Source: a virus. Taken from it: a stretch of 64,000 nucleotides of DNA. A program made the position numbers and the translations under genes. The stretch covers positions 1-64,000 of the IMG/VR virus record IMGVR_UViG_3300037246_001677. The stretch is one strand, 5' to 3'. This document shows, piece by piece, positions 50,771 to 61,093 of this stretch. How positions within the stretch are numbered: the first letter of the stretch is position 1; every line of letters begins with the position of its first letter. The notes under the pieces were generated by a model. It searched no databases and was not told where the DNA came from. It saw only the letters and a program-made list of their open reading frames with translations.

Positions 50771-52351
50771 ATGGCAAGATTTAATGAAAAAACAACTCAA
50801 AAAACTGAAATGCTAGCTGGTGGACAAGGATTCAAAATGACTCCAGAAATGGAGTTATATGCTTGTACGTGTGCTAGCATTCTCACACCACAGTACTACA
50901 CACCAAACACAAACGACCAAATAAACAAGATCAAAACTTTAATCAGAAAGTGTGATCCTGTTTTTGTTGCGCAACTTGCAGTATATGCAAGGGAGCAAAT
51001 GTACCTTAGAACTATACCTATGGTTCTAACGGTAGAATTGGCTAAGTGCCATAAGGGAGATAATCTGTTACGAAGACTGTCTCGAAGAGTAATCCAACGG
51101 GCAGATGAAATCACAGAGCTATTGGCTTACTATGTTAAGGCAAATGGCCTGCAGTCAAAATTCGTAGAGTCAAAGGGTGGACACAATATAGAGAAGAAAA
51201 TCTATAAGTTGTCTAATCAATTAAGAAAAGGTGTCGCTGATGCCTTCTTTAAATTTGATGAATATCAATTTGCAAAGTACAACCGTGCTGGAGAAATCAA
51301 GCTACGTGATGCTTTGTTCTTGACTCACCCAAAACCAAGAACAGATGCCCAAAAAGTGCTATTTGAAAAGATAGCGCAAAATAATCTGTCTACTCCGTAT
51401 ACTTGGGAAACACAGCTAAGTAAAGCGGGCCAAGAAGGTAAAGATAAGAAGTCAGTTTGGACAGAACTTATTATGTCTGGCAGAATGAACTACATGTCTA
51501 TGTTAAGGAATTTAAGGAATTTTCTCGATGCAGAAGTTTCTGAAATAGTACTTAACAAAGTTGCTGATCGTATTGCCGATCCTAACGAAGTTCGGAAAAG
51601 TAAGCAATTTCCATTTAGGTTCTTATCAGCTTATAGAAGTATTGGTGGAGGACCATCCGATAAGTATAGTTGGGGTGACATCCATGCCACAGAGCAACAC
51701 AACAACCTATTTACACCAATTATTTTAGAAGCACTTGAAAAGGCCGTTCTAATATCCATTGAGAACATCCCAATGCTATCAAACAATACTGTTTTAGTGG
51801 CAACCGATGTTTCCGCATCAATGCAATGCACTATTTCGGAAAAGTCAACCATTCAAAACTATGATATTGGAGCACTACTTGGAATGCTGGTTCAGGCCAG
51901 AGTTCCTAACTCAGTAATTGGAATGTTTGGAGACACCTGGAAAGTCTTAACAGATGCACCAGTTGAAAATGTCCTTGCAGCAACTAACGAAGTCCATCGT
52001 AGAGAAGGAGAAGTTGGCTATGCAACTCATGGATATAAAGTGCTTTCATGGGCACTTGACCAAAAGAAGGTTTTTGATAGAATCTTCTACTTCACTGATG
52101 GTCAAATGTACGGTCGTGGTAGTCGCGATCTACGAGGCATTAACGAAAAGTGGAAATTATATAAAAGCACTATTAACCCACATGCTAAACTCTACTTGTT
52201 CAACCTTGGGTCATATGGACAAACCCCTATTGACCTGAAACAGGACGATGTTCACATGATAACTGGTTGGAATGATAAGATTTTCACCATACTTGAGAGC
52301 ATTGAAAATGGTGGACAAGTACTTGATGAAATTAAGGAGATTACAATATGA
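50771..52351 (+). CDS. Ro60/TROVE-domain RNA-binding protein with vWA domain
   Basis: AGG..F, YAR..M.LR, QRADE, FDEYQFAKY, TWET.LS, LRNLRN, PFRFL.AY, MIDAS DVSASM, FTDGQ. Confidence 0.95.
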   Translation: MARFNEKTTQKTEMLAGGQGFKMTPEMELYACTCASILTPQYYTPNTNDQINKIKTLIRKCDPVFVAQLAVYAREQMYLRTIPMVLTVELAKCHKGDNLLRRLSRRVIQRADEITELLAYYVKANGLQSKFVESKGGHNIEKKIYKLSNQLRKGVADAFFKFDEYQFAKYNRAGEIKLRDALFLTHPKPRTDAQKVLFEKIAQNNLSTPYTWETQLSKAGQEGKDKKSVWTELIMSGRMNYMSMLRNLRNFLDAEVSEIVLNKVADRIADPNEVRKSKQFPFRFLSAYRSIGGGPSDKYSWGDIHATEQHNNLFTPIILEALEKAVLISIENIPMLSNNTVLVATDVSASMQCTISEKSTIQNYDIGALLGMLVQARVPNSVIGMFGDTWKVLTDAPVENVLAATNEVHRREGEVGYATHGYKVLSWALDQKKVFDRIFYFTDGQMYGRGSRDLRGINEKWKLYKSTINPHAKLYLFNLGSYGQTPIDLKQDDVHMITGWNDKIFTILESIENGGQVLDEIKEITI

Positions 52352-52696
52352 TTAGAATAGATAAAAACAGAGGAGGTACTCAATGACTGAACAGCCCTAA
52401 ATAGGAGGTGATTTCATTGGGTAGCAATTCTAAATCTGGAGGCAACAGCCGCAAGATCGGTAGAGCCTCGCGCAAACCAGCTCATGTTAGATATAATAAC
52501 GAGATGCGCTGGATAAGAAACAAAATCAAGAAAATCAAGAAGCAAGAAAAATTTGAAGCTAAAAAAGCTAAAAAACTTAATAGATAGAAGTAGTTATTTC
52601 GGTTCGCTCGGGCAAGACAAGAACCTATTTAGAAGCTCACCGAGAAGGTGATAGCTTTGAAAGACTCGTTTGAGTAGCCCCATCAATTAAGTTTTG

Positions 52697-52730
52697 AAAC
52701 CCCCTGTGATATTCTCACAGGGGTTTTTTT
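52697..52730 (+). terminator. Intrinsic terminator
   Basis: AAACCCCTGTGA/TCACAGGGGTTT hairpin + T-run. Confidence 0.85.
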
Positions 52731-52742
52731 ATGTCTAAATAA

Positions 52743-52750
52743 TATAAATA
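52743..52750 (+). promoter_or_regulatory. T4-type late promoter TATAAATA
   Basis: Exact motif just after a terminator and before the lysis-like/virion gene block. Confidence 0.65.
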
Positions 52751-52775
52751 CCTATAGTAAATTAGCAGGTGGGCT

Positions 52776-53042
52776 ATGTCTGAAAAACAAGAAAATAACT
52801 GTAATAATAGTAAAAACGGCGATAAGAGATTAAGATGGAAAAATAGAAGAAGGATGGCGTGGACTTCTCTTATATCAATGATAGTCATAACACTACTTCT
52901 TTTCTTTGCTGTTCCAGAATCCAGACTGACAATATTGTCGGATGTAATAACATGGTATTATTTCATAATGGGTGGAATAATAACTGCATATATGGGATTC
53001 ACCACAATATCGTCAATAAAAGGACAGGGAAAAATACAATAA
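52776..53042 (+). CDS. Two-TM holin-like protein
   Basis: W.NRRRMAW + 2 TM helices; next to a DUF5675-like gene. Confidence 0.55.
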   Translation: MSEKQENNCNNSKNGDKRLRWKNRRRMAWTSLISMIVITLLLFFAVPESRLTILSDVITWYYFIMGGIITAYMGFTTISSIKGQGKIQ

Positions 53043-53464
53043 TGGAACAACAAGTGTTTTTAATCAGAACAAGTGTTAGCGATCAAGGTACGTCTGGAAT
53101 GTTAGTAATGGGTGGTTTTAATTGTTATACTTTAGAGCTTCCATGGAAAAATAATCAAAGAAGTATATCATGTGTTCCACAAGGAGAATACACAGTTATT
53201 CAAAGAGCTTCACCTAAATATGGAAAAATATATTGGGTAACAAATGTTCCCAATAGAAGTTATATTTTAGTTCACTCGGGAAACTATGCAGGCGATGTAA
53301 GTAAAGGATATAAAACCCACGTAAGGGGATGTATATTACTTGGCCAGAAAATGGGAACATTGGGTGGACAAAAAGCAGTACTTAATTCAAGAATAACATT
53401 AAGAAAATTCATGAATTATACTGGAATGCAACCGTTCAAATTAACAATAGTAGGCGGACAATAA
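53042..53464 (+). CDS. DUF5675-like protein (possible peptidoglycan peptidase)
   Basis: T.G.L, CYTLELPW, SC.P.G.Y, VP.RS.IL.H.GN, GCILLG. Confidence 0.75.
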   Translation: MEQQVFLIRTSVSDQGTSGMLVMGGFNCYTLELPWKNNQRSISCVPQGEYTVIQRASPKYGKIYWVTNVPNRSYILVHSGNYAGDVSKGYKTHVRGCILLGQKMGTLGGQKAVLNSRITLRKFMNYTGMQPFKLTIVGGQ

Positions 53465-53904
53465 TAAAAGGAGAAATATTATGAAACAAACAGTTTTCAA
53501 CGCATTAACAAAAGTAGAGTCAGTATCTGCTGCATTAAACTTAGGCAACGGAACTAATTTTCTGTTCAACGAAACCCAAGTAAGAACAGGAAAACAAGGC
53601 GGTGGATATAAAAATCAAAGAAATTCTCAATCACTTGCAGCTTTGAGACATAAAATACATTTTTATACACGTGATACTAGCTCAACAATAGGATATCATC
53701 AGAAGTTTGATATTCTTGAATCTGATGATGCAACAAAACAAAGTAAAACATCTACAAGACCAGGACTCAGTAGAAATCCCGCAAGAGACGACGATGATAG
53801 ATTAAGATATAATGAACCAGATGATTGGTCATAAAAACGGGGGTAATTGTGAAAAAATAGTAAAAATGTGTAAGTCGGTTAAATAAAAATAGGGGGAATG
53901 TGAA

Positions 53905-54537
53905 ATGCCTTGGAATTTAATATTCGGTGGTATAACTGGTTTAATCGGTTCAATTACTACCTCAATAACAAACTACAAGATACAAAAACTTAAAAATCAA
54001 CATGAATTAGCCATGGTTGAAGCAGAAACAACAGCTATGGTAGCGGAAGCTAAAGCCAACATTCAAATAACTCAAGCAGAGACAGAAGCAGCAGTTGAGT
54101 TAGCTGATTCCCAAGCATACTTAAAGAGCATTGAACTTGGTAATAAAAACTTATTTGGAGAAAAATGGGTAGATAAGCTATTCTTAGTACAAGGATGGCT
54201 TAAGTTTATAACTATACCAGTTGGAGTAGTAATAGCATTCCTATTTGGTATTGTAGATTTTATGAAAGCCTTTACCAGACCTGGCATCACGTGGTTATTC
54301 ACTGGTGCCACGTTGTTCTTAGCGTATACTGCCTGGGGAGTTTTAAGTGCTTCTGGATTGGATGCGATGGATACATCACAAGCGTTGCTAATTTTATCAC
54401 AAATTATAGACATAGTACTTTACTTGACTGTATCTTGTGTAACATGGTGGTTTGGTGATAGACGAATCGCTAAGTTCTTATCAAGATTAAAAGATGGAAA
54501 TGATAAAAGCCAAAGTCAAACGATACCAATGATGTAA
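53905..54537 (+). CDS. Membrane protein, 3TM-holin-like
   Basis: RP.IT, TM helices, WWFGDR. Confidence 0.6.
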   Translation: MPWNLIFGGITGLIGSITTSITNYKIQKLKNQHELAMVEAETTAMVAEAKANIQITQAETEAAVELADSQAYLKSIELGNKNLFGEKWVDKLFLVQGWLKFITIPVGVVIAFLFGIVDFMKAFTRPGITWLFTGATLFLAYTAWGVLSASGLDAMDTSQALLILSQIIDIVLYLTVSCVTWWFGDRRIAKFLSRLKDGNDKSQSQTIPMM

Positions 54538-54546
54538 GGAGTAAAA

Positions 54547-54897
54547 ATGAGATTAACGAGATTTCTTAAAGAGGAAGATCATACAAGTAAAGGTCTTGAG
54601 GTTCCAGAGCCAGAAGTTGGAGAAAAATATAGCAAGGAAGAAGTTAAAAAATATATTTCTCTTATTAAAAATGCTATTAGCTCTCAGAAAAAAGATGGCG
54701 ATGGAGCAATTCTAAAAGACCTTGAAGATAAATTAGATAAATGGCAAAATGTAGAAGCAGAAACAAAACCAGCGGGACCCGTTGTTCCGGCAGTGGATGT
54801 TCTGGCTGCTCAACCGCCAGAAGATGGTGCTCCACCAGCAGAAGGTGGACCACCTGCTAAAAAAGATAAGAAAAAGAAAAAAGACGAGGAAGAATGA
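54547..54897 (+). CDS. Putative internal virion protein
   Basis: MRLTRFLKEE N-terminus. Confidence 0.6.
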   Translation: MRLTRFLKEEDHTSKGLEVPEPEVGEKYSKEEVKKYISLIKNAISSQKKDGDGAILKDLEDKLDKWQNVEAETKPAGPVVPAVDVLAAQPPEDGAPPAEGGPPAKKDKKKKKDEEE

Positions 54898-54918
54898 TAA
54901 TCTGGAGGCGGAAGCAGC

Positions 54919-55638
54919 ATGAGATTAGAAAAATTTATGATAATTGAGGGTATCAATGATAAAGGTATTTTCAAGGCTGTTTTTATGGCTGGACATCCAG
55001 GCGCTGGCAAAAGCTATGTTTTAACTAAAGTAAAATCTGGTTCAATAGACCCACGTTGGGTTAACACAGATAAAGTATTTCCAATATTCAAAAAATGGTG
55101 GAACTCAGATTGGCCAAAAATAAGTCATAATGTAAGAGTAGTTAATAGAAATCAGTTGTCTGGATATATTAACTCAATGCTTCCACTTGCAATTGATGGA
55201 ACAGCTAATATAGTTTCTACTGTTATGAGAAGGAAAAATATTCTTGAATCAATCGGATATGATACAGCAATGATATTTGTAAATACTTCTCTTGAAACTG
55301 CTTTAAAAAGAGCAGAAGAAAGAGAAAAAAAGACTGGCAGAAAAGTAGACCAAGAATTTATAAAGAGTGTATATACGGACATACAAAAACATAAAAATTA
55401 TTATAGAAGTAAATTCGATACTTGGATAGAAGTTGATAATGATGTTGGAGATTTAACAGAAAAAGTAATTATTAATTCCTTTAAATTTATGGGTAACTTC
55501 TATAACTCAGCAATTCAAAATCCAATCGGTAAAGAAAAAGTTGAAAAGATGAAAAAGAATGGTTGGAAATACTTAGACCCAAATGTAACTAGTATGAAAA
55601 TAATAAAAAACACTATCAGTGGATGGTATACAAAATGA
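54919..55638 (+). CDS. P-loop kinase (zeta-toxin/PNK-like)
   Basis: FMAGHPGAGKS, N.D, IDGT, T..E.AL.R...R; MRLEKFMIIE N-terminus. Confidence 0.75.
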   Translation: MRLEKFMIIEGINDKGIFKAVFMAGHPGAGKSYVLTKVKSGSIDPRWVNTDKVFPIFKKWWNSDWPKISHNVRVVNRNQLSGYINSMLPLAIDGTANIVSTVMRRKNILESIGYDTAMIFVNTSLETALKRAEEREKKTGRKVDQEFIKSVYTDIQKHKNYYRSKFDTWIEVDNDVGDLTEKVIINSFKFMGNFYNSAIQNPIGKEKVEKMKKNGWKYLDPNVTSMKIIKNTISGWYTK

Positions 55639-56330
55639 GATTAAAAGGATACTTAAAAGAAGTAACACAGCCAACTGTAAAAATGACAATTGATGCTCTA
55701 AAAATAGCATTTGGTAAAATCCAACAAATAATGGGCCAGGTAGACCTTTTTGATATAGATGATAAAACAGCAATAAATTTACTTAGAAAAGGATTCGATG
55801 AGATTTCTATAAAATTAGAAATGGGAAAACAAAAAGGAGGCGTTAGGAAGTACTTGGCAGGCGGAGAATTTGGTGGAAATTATGGAGAAGATTATGCTTG
55901 GAAAATTATACTGTTACCTGACTTTTCAAAAGTTTTTAGAAAATTTGCCAAAGAAAGGAGCATGAAAAATTTCATGAGCCACACCAAAAATCCTCTTTTT
56001 AGAGAGTTTGTAGAATTGGTCTCACATGAAATAATGCATTCACAGCAGGCTTTAAATTCTGCTGGTAAAGCTTTTGATCCAGAAGTACAAGGAATAACAA
56101 CAACTTATACTGGTAATATGAAAGAATATTTAAAAAATCCATTGGAAATAGAACCATACGCACAACAAGCAGCAATAGATGCAATAAGAAAAGGACATTC
56201 AGTTTATATAGCAACAATGAGAGACCTCTTTCCACCTAAAAGTAAAGTATGGAAGAAATTTGCAAAGAAGTATAAATTCTATATGGAGATACTCAAAAAA
56301 GAAGGGGATATTAAACCCTATAAAAAATGA
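55635..56330 (+). CDS. Putative zincin-like metallopeptidase
   Basis: HEIMH..Q and Y...P.E..A motifs; MRLKGYLKE N-terminus. Confidence 0.55.
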   Translation: MRLKGYLKEVTQPTVKMTIDALKIAFGKIQQIMGQVDLFDIDDKTAINLLRKGFDEISIKLEMGKQKGGVRKYLAGGEFGGNYGEDYAWKIILLPDFSKVFRKFAKERSMKNFMSHTKNPLFREFVELVSHEIMHSQQALNSAGKAFDPEVQGITTTYTGNMKEYLKNPLEIEPYAQQAAIDAIRKGHSVYIATMRDLFPPKSKVWKKFAKKYKFYMEILKKEGDIKPYKK

Positions 56331-57049
56331 AACTCCAAAATTATTTAATAGAAGATAATAAAAGTTTAGCTTACTATACTAAGAAAATTCAAGCCGAGTG
56401 CAAACCATTTCTGAAAGAAATTAAAGGCGCACGTGGAACTTTAACTAGACATCAAAAAGCACCAAATCCAGGTGGCGGTGGATCAATAAAAGTCAAAAAA
56501 GTAAATACTACTCCAGTATTCAAAAAGACAACCAGAAAAGATAGACAACCACTTGACTCACCATTTGACTTCCATATATTAATAGATGATTGGTTTGCAA
56601 ATAGTAAATTTGGATGGAGAGCAAGAAGTAGTGCGTTATTCTGTTGGGGCACGCCATTTCCATTACTCGCGTCAGACTGGATGGTATTTCCTGCTGGTAA
56701 ATTTCAGTATGTTTGGTCACCAAAAGTTACTGATTTATATGGTAAAGTAGAAATATTCTTTGAAAAGGGAAAAGGAGAAAAACGAAAAGCCGAACAAGAA
56801 TCAGATGGGCCAAAAAGTTTCGGTGATCCATATATGGACCGTGCAACTGATGAAGCATGGGAAGTATTTGAAAAGCAATTAGCTCCAACCTATACAAATA
56901 AAAATTTAAAAAAGGCTGTCGTGTCCTCAAAAGAAATAATGGTTAATTGTAGTTACTCATACCTTGTGAGACAAGAATTAATAGAAAATGTAAATGATTT
57001 ACTTGATTTAAGACTACAAGGTGCTAAATTCGTTGGAAGAAAATTATGA
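56327..57049 (+). CDS. Putative virion protein, paralog of 61090-62169
   Basis: Shared C.PF.KE, R.DR.P.D.P, FGW.ARS, FP.GK..Y, DLY, EIM..C..Y. Confidence 0.65.
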   Translation: MKLQNYLIEDNKSLAYYTKKIQAECKPFLKEIKGARGTLTRHQKAPNPGGGGSIKVKKVNTTPVFKKTTRKDRQPLDSPFDFHILIDDWFANSKFGWRARSSALFCWGTPFPLLASDWMVFPAGKFQYVWSPKVTDLYGKVEIFFEKGKGEKRKAEQESDGPKSFGDPYMDRATDEAWEVFEKQLAPTYTNKNLKKAVVSSKEIMVNCSYSYLVRQELIENVNDLLDLRLQGAKFVGRKL

Positions 57050-57564
57050 GACTAAAACAATACTTAATAGAAGTAGAAGATAAAAAAATTTTCCTTGATA
57101 TGGATGGAGTTATAGTAGATTTTATGGCTTCTGTTGGAAAATTATTTAAGTTAACTGACTTCACAAGTTGGGAAGCAATGGGGAAAGAGAAATATCGCGA
57201 AATAAATAAAATGGGTGAAAGATGGTGGAGTCAAATGAAGTGGACAAACGATGGTAAAAAGCTTTGGAATCATCTAAAATCTTATGATGTAACAATTTTG
57301 TCCGCAACTCCAGTTGATCCAGTATCAAGAGCAATATCAATCAAAGGAAAAAGAAATTGGTTAACTAAAAATATTGGCTCATCCTATGCAAGCAACGCAC
57401 TTATAGTAATTGGAATTGATAAACAAAAATACGCTGATAAAAACCATATACTTATAGATGATTCAGAAAGAAATATTAGACAATGGAGAAGTAAAGGCGG
57501 AATTGGTATTCTACATAAAAATACTAGCGATACAATTAAACAATTGGAACAATTAAATATATGA
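57046..57564 (+). CDS. 5'(3')-deoxyribonucleotidase-like HAD phosphatase
   Basis: DMDGVIVDF, ILS, K..W, LIDD..NI..W...GG. Confidence 0.85.
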   Translation: MRLKQYLIEVEDKKIFLDMDGVIVDFMASVGKLFKLTDFTSWEAMGKEKYREINKMGERWWSQMKWTNDGKKLWNHLKSYDVTILSATPVDPVSRAISIKGKRNWLTKNIGSSYASNALIVIGIDKQKYADKNHILIDDSERNIRQWRSKGGIGILHKNTSDTIKQLEQLNI

Positions 57565-58988
57565 AGTTTTTAGACTACATATCAGAAGCAAGAGAAATGT
57601 TAAAAGATTGGCAATCATATGTGAGTAAAAATCCAGAGCTTGCCGCTGGAGTTAAAGTACTCCAAAAAATAAACAAAGCTGGATATAAGGCTTACATTGT
57701 TGGTGGACCAGTACGTGATATTACCCTTGGTATTCAACCCAAAGATATTGATATAGCAACAAATATGCCAATGAAAGAACTTGATAAAATGTTTAGAACT
57801 TATGATATTGGTAAGTCAAAAGATTTTGGTATATTAGTTGTAAAGGAGGGAGGTAATGATTTTGAAGTCGCCCAGTTTAGAACTGATGGAAAATACATTG
57901 ATGGACGAAGACCGGAGTCAGTCAAAATCCAAGGAAGCTTTGAAGATGATGCTGGTCGCAGAGATTTTACAATTAATGCAATGGGAGTTAATGCGAAAGG
58001 AGAGATCATTGACTACTTCGATGGCAAACGAGATATTAAGAACAAAGTGCTCCGCACCGTGGGAGACCCCTTAAAAAGGTTTGGTGAGGACTACTTACGA
58101 ATGATGCGCCTTGCAAGATTTTCTTCAAGACTTGGATTTGAAATTGATCCAGAAACAAAGAAAGCTGCTAAGAAACTTTCACCTAATATACTAAGTCTTG
58201 CACCAGAAAGAGTTAAAGATGAGTTAATGAAGTCAGCCGCCCAGAGTGGTGAGAAGTTTGCTCAATATATTCAGATACTTGGAGACTTAAAAATACTTAG
58301 AATTATCTTACCAGAAGTAATGAATTTAAAATGGTTTAGAGAAAACTTACAACATCACCCAGAAACAAGAGGTGAGGGTGGTACAGTATACAGTCATGTA
58401 ATGGCTGCATTGAAACAAAGTAAAACAGCGGACCCAATTAAAAACCTAGCTATTTTACTACATGATATTGGTAAAGGAGTCACGTTTGCACCGAAGCCAG
58501 GTGCTGGAACACCAACATATTATAGACATGCAAGAAAAAGCGTTCGGTTAGTCAATGCAATTGCTGATAGACTTAAAATGAGTAATAAAGAACGTGATGC
58601 TCTTATATTTGGCGTTGGTAACCACATGAAATTTCATCAAATACTGGATATGAAACCATCTAAAATAGCCAGGCTTGTGTCAGATGAAAACTGGGAAGTA
58701 CTTGTGGCTGTCGGTAAAGCGGATGAGTTTTCTCGTGGTAAAACTTTTATGCACTCTGGTGATTTTGAAAAAATAGTTGATAAGGCAATTAAGATAAAAG
58801 AGAAATATGGAACAAAAGAAGTAGTAAAAAGAATAAAGCTTGTTAATGGAAACCATGTTATGAAAATAACTGGTTTACCACAAGGAAAGAAAGTTGGTGA
58901 TATAATTAGGAAAACAACCGAGTGGATCATGGACAACGATGTAAAAGATAAAGAAGTAATTGATAATTATATAATGAGTTTAGCATGA
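57561..58988 (+). CDS. cca: CCA-adding tRNA nucleotidyltransferase / poly(A) polymerase family with HD domain
   Basis: VGG.VRD, DIDIAT, RRDFTINAM, F.ED.LRM.R..RF, ER...E, HHPE, LLHDIGK. Confidence 0.92.
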   Translation: MKFLDYISEAREMLKDWQSYVSKNPELAAGVKVLQKINKAGYKAYIVGGPVRDITLGIQPKDIDIATNMPMKELDKMFRTYDIGKSKDFGILVVKEGGNDFEVAQFRTDGKYIDGRRPESVKIQGSFEDDAGRRDFTINAMGVNAKGEIIDYFDGKRDIKNKVLRTVGDPLKRFGEDYLRMMRLARFSSRLGFEIDPETKKAAKKLSPNILSLAPERVKDELMKSAAQSGEKFAQYIQILGDLKILRIILPEVMNLKWFRENLQHHPETRGEGGTVYSHVMAALKQSKTADPIKNLAILLHDIGKGVTFAPKPGAGTPTYYRHARKSVRLVNAIADRLKMSNKERDALIFGVGNHMKFHQILDMKPSKIARLVSDENWEVLVAVGKADEFSRGKTFMHSGDFEKIVDKAIKIKEKYGTKEVVKRIKLVNGNHVMKITGLPQGKKVGDIIRKTTEWIMDNDVKDKEVIDNYIMSLA

Positions 58989-59393
58989 GATTAAGAGAAT
59001 TTATAGAGAAGAAAACACAAGAGGAGCTAAGAGGTGATCTTATTAGAGCTATTGACTTGTCTAAGGACACTGAAGATATGATGCAAGCAGTAGCACTTAT
59101 TACTTCTGCTTCACAAGAATTAGAGAATGATACTCTTATTTTTGTTCAACATTATTTTGATAAAAAATGGGGAAATATGAGATCACAAGTGAGAAGCGTG
59201 GGATGAAATTCAAAGAATACATAGAAGAAGGAAAGGAAGCAAAATTCATAAAGGCTATTAAAGGTGCTGTGTCCATGGCTCAAGCCAGAAGATATAAAGA
59301 GTTATTTCATCTAATGGATATGAGTGAGAAAGAAAGAGAAAAAATAAAAAAAGCACTAGATATTAAGTTATCATCATTAGAGAAGAAAAGGAA

Positions 59394-60818
59394 ATGAATA
59401 AATTCAATGACTTCATATTTGATGGATTAGGACCAGCGGATCAGTTCAAAAAAATAAAAGTAATAAATGAAAAATCAGATAAAACATTTGACTTCAACGT
59501 TTTAATACTTACTAGCAAAGCTGATGAAAATCCAGATGGTCTTTACCAAACTGCAGAACGACTTGCTGATGAATGTACTAAAAAGGGAATATCAAATTAT
59601 ATAATGTTTTCAGAATCAGCAAGGTTAGAGTTGGACGATGATGGAAATTATACTGCATATAACTTAGAAGACCCCACTGGTTTTCCAGTTCTACCAGACA
59701 AAACTGTCGCCATAAACAGAGGTTCTGTTATGGAAAAGTTTAACTCACGTAATATAATTTCACAATTAGAAAGGGGAAACATCTTTTGTATAAACTGTAG
59801 AGAGTGTATAGAAGTGTGTAATGATAAGTATAGAACAATATTAAGACTCGCGGACGCTGGTATTGCCTCACCAAAAACAGTGCTCATACAGGGAGAAGAA
59901 GGAATAGATGATGCAGTAGAACAAATTGGTGGTAAATTCCCATATATATTAAAAACATTATTTGGGTCCAAAGGAATTGGGGTTATGTTTGTTGAATCAT
60001 TAAAATCATTAAAATCAATGCTTCAGCTTATATGGAAAGTAAGTGAAGATGAAGAACTTATACTTCAAGAATACATACCAACAGATTATGATGTAAGAGT
60101 TCACGTTTTAGGTGATGAAGTTATTGCCGCTATGAGAAGATATATAATAAAAGATGACTTCAGAAGTAACTACTCACAAGGTGGTAAAGTAACCAAACAT
60201 AAATTATCAGATATTGAAAAAGAAGCTTGTATTAAATCCTCAAAAGCCGTTGGTGCTTCATGGAGTGGTGTGGATTACATTCTTAACAGTAAAAAAGAGC
60301 CATTAGTAATAGAAGTAAATGCTTCACCGGGAACCGAAGGCATAGAAGAGGCAACTAAAGAAAATGTAGTTGGTAAAATATTAGATTGGGCCGGTGATAA
60401 AAGTAACTGGGATAAAGTATCCAAAGAAATTGGATATAAAGAAATGGTTAAAGTTAATGGATTTGACCTTGTAGCTAAATTTGATACAGGAAATGGACTT
60501 CTTTCTGTAATGCACGCTGATAAATATGAAATTAATAAGAAGAAGAAATTGGTTACTTGGACATCACATGGTAAAAAGTTTGAGAATGAATTAAAAGACA
60601 TAGAGGAAGTAGAAGTTGGTGGAGCTAAAAATTATACTGAAAAAAGACCAGAAATAGAACTAGATATGTTCTTTGATGGTGTGTTATATAAAGAAGTGGG
60701 GTTTACCTTAGATGATAGATCAGACAGGACACCAATATTAATAGATCGTAGTTTTATGAAAAGAGCAAATGTTTCGGTCAATCCAGCCAAACAGTTTGTA
60801 ATAACTGTAGAGGAGTAA
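59394..60818 (+). CDS. RimK-family ATP-grasp ligase fused to a retropepsin-like protease domain
   Basis: DK..T...L, K...GSKG.GV, QEYI, DFRSN, GVD, IEVNASPG; C-terminal AKFDTGN...ILIDR. Confidence 0.88.
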   Translation: MNKFNDFIFDGLGPADQFKKIKVINEKSDKTFDFNVLILTSKADENPDGLYQTAERLADECTKKGISNYIMFSESARLELDDDGNYTAYNLEDPTGFPVLPDKTVAINRGSVMEKFNSRNIISQLERGNIFCINCRECIEVCNDKYRTILRLADAGIASPKTVLIQGEEGIDDAVEQIGGKFPYILKTLFGSKGIGVMFVESLKSLKSMLQLIWKVSEDEELILQEYIPTDYDVRVHVLGDEVIAAMRRYIIKDDFRSNYSQGGKVTKHKLSDIEKEACIKSSKAVGASWSGVDYILNSKKEPLVIEVNASPGTEGIEEATKENVVGKILDWAGDKSNWDKVSKEIGYKEMVKVNGFDLVAKFDTGNGLLSVMHADKYEINKKKKLVTWTSHGKKFENELKDIEEVEVGGAKNYTEKRPEIELDMFFDGVLYKEVGFTLDDRSDRTPILIDRSFMKRANVSVNPAKQFVITVEE

Positions 60819-60820
60819 TA

Positions 60821-61093
60821 ATGAAACTTGATAAGTACTTAAAAGAAGAAAGACTGCATAGTAAAGATAAAAGAGCTATAATGGGATTTATGAAAAATCC
60901 ACCTAAATCTAAAACCGCCCATAAGATGCAGAGTGGTGAATTATTTAAGGTGGAGCCTACCAGTAATGGAGTCAAATTTATTTACGACAAGGATGACTTT
61001 GAACTTGTCACTACTCTTGTAGACATAGCAGACTCCCTTGGTGGGTATAAATTTCAATCAAAACCAGGTGTATTTATAGTGATGGTAAAATGA
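60821..61093 (+). CDS. Putative internal virion protein
   Basis: MKLDKYLKEE N-terminus. Confidence 0.6.
   Translation: MKLDKYLKEERLHSKDKRAIMGFMKNPPKSKTAHKMQSGELFKVEPTSNGVKFIYDKDDFELVTTLVDIADSLGGYKFQSKPGVFIVMVK

Noticed and set aside
54919-55638. Zeta toxin-antitoxin module
   Set aside because: Only generic P-loop kinase motifs; no antitoxin-like partner; context is the late virion block.
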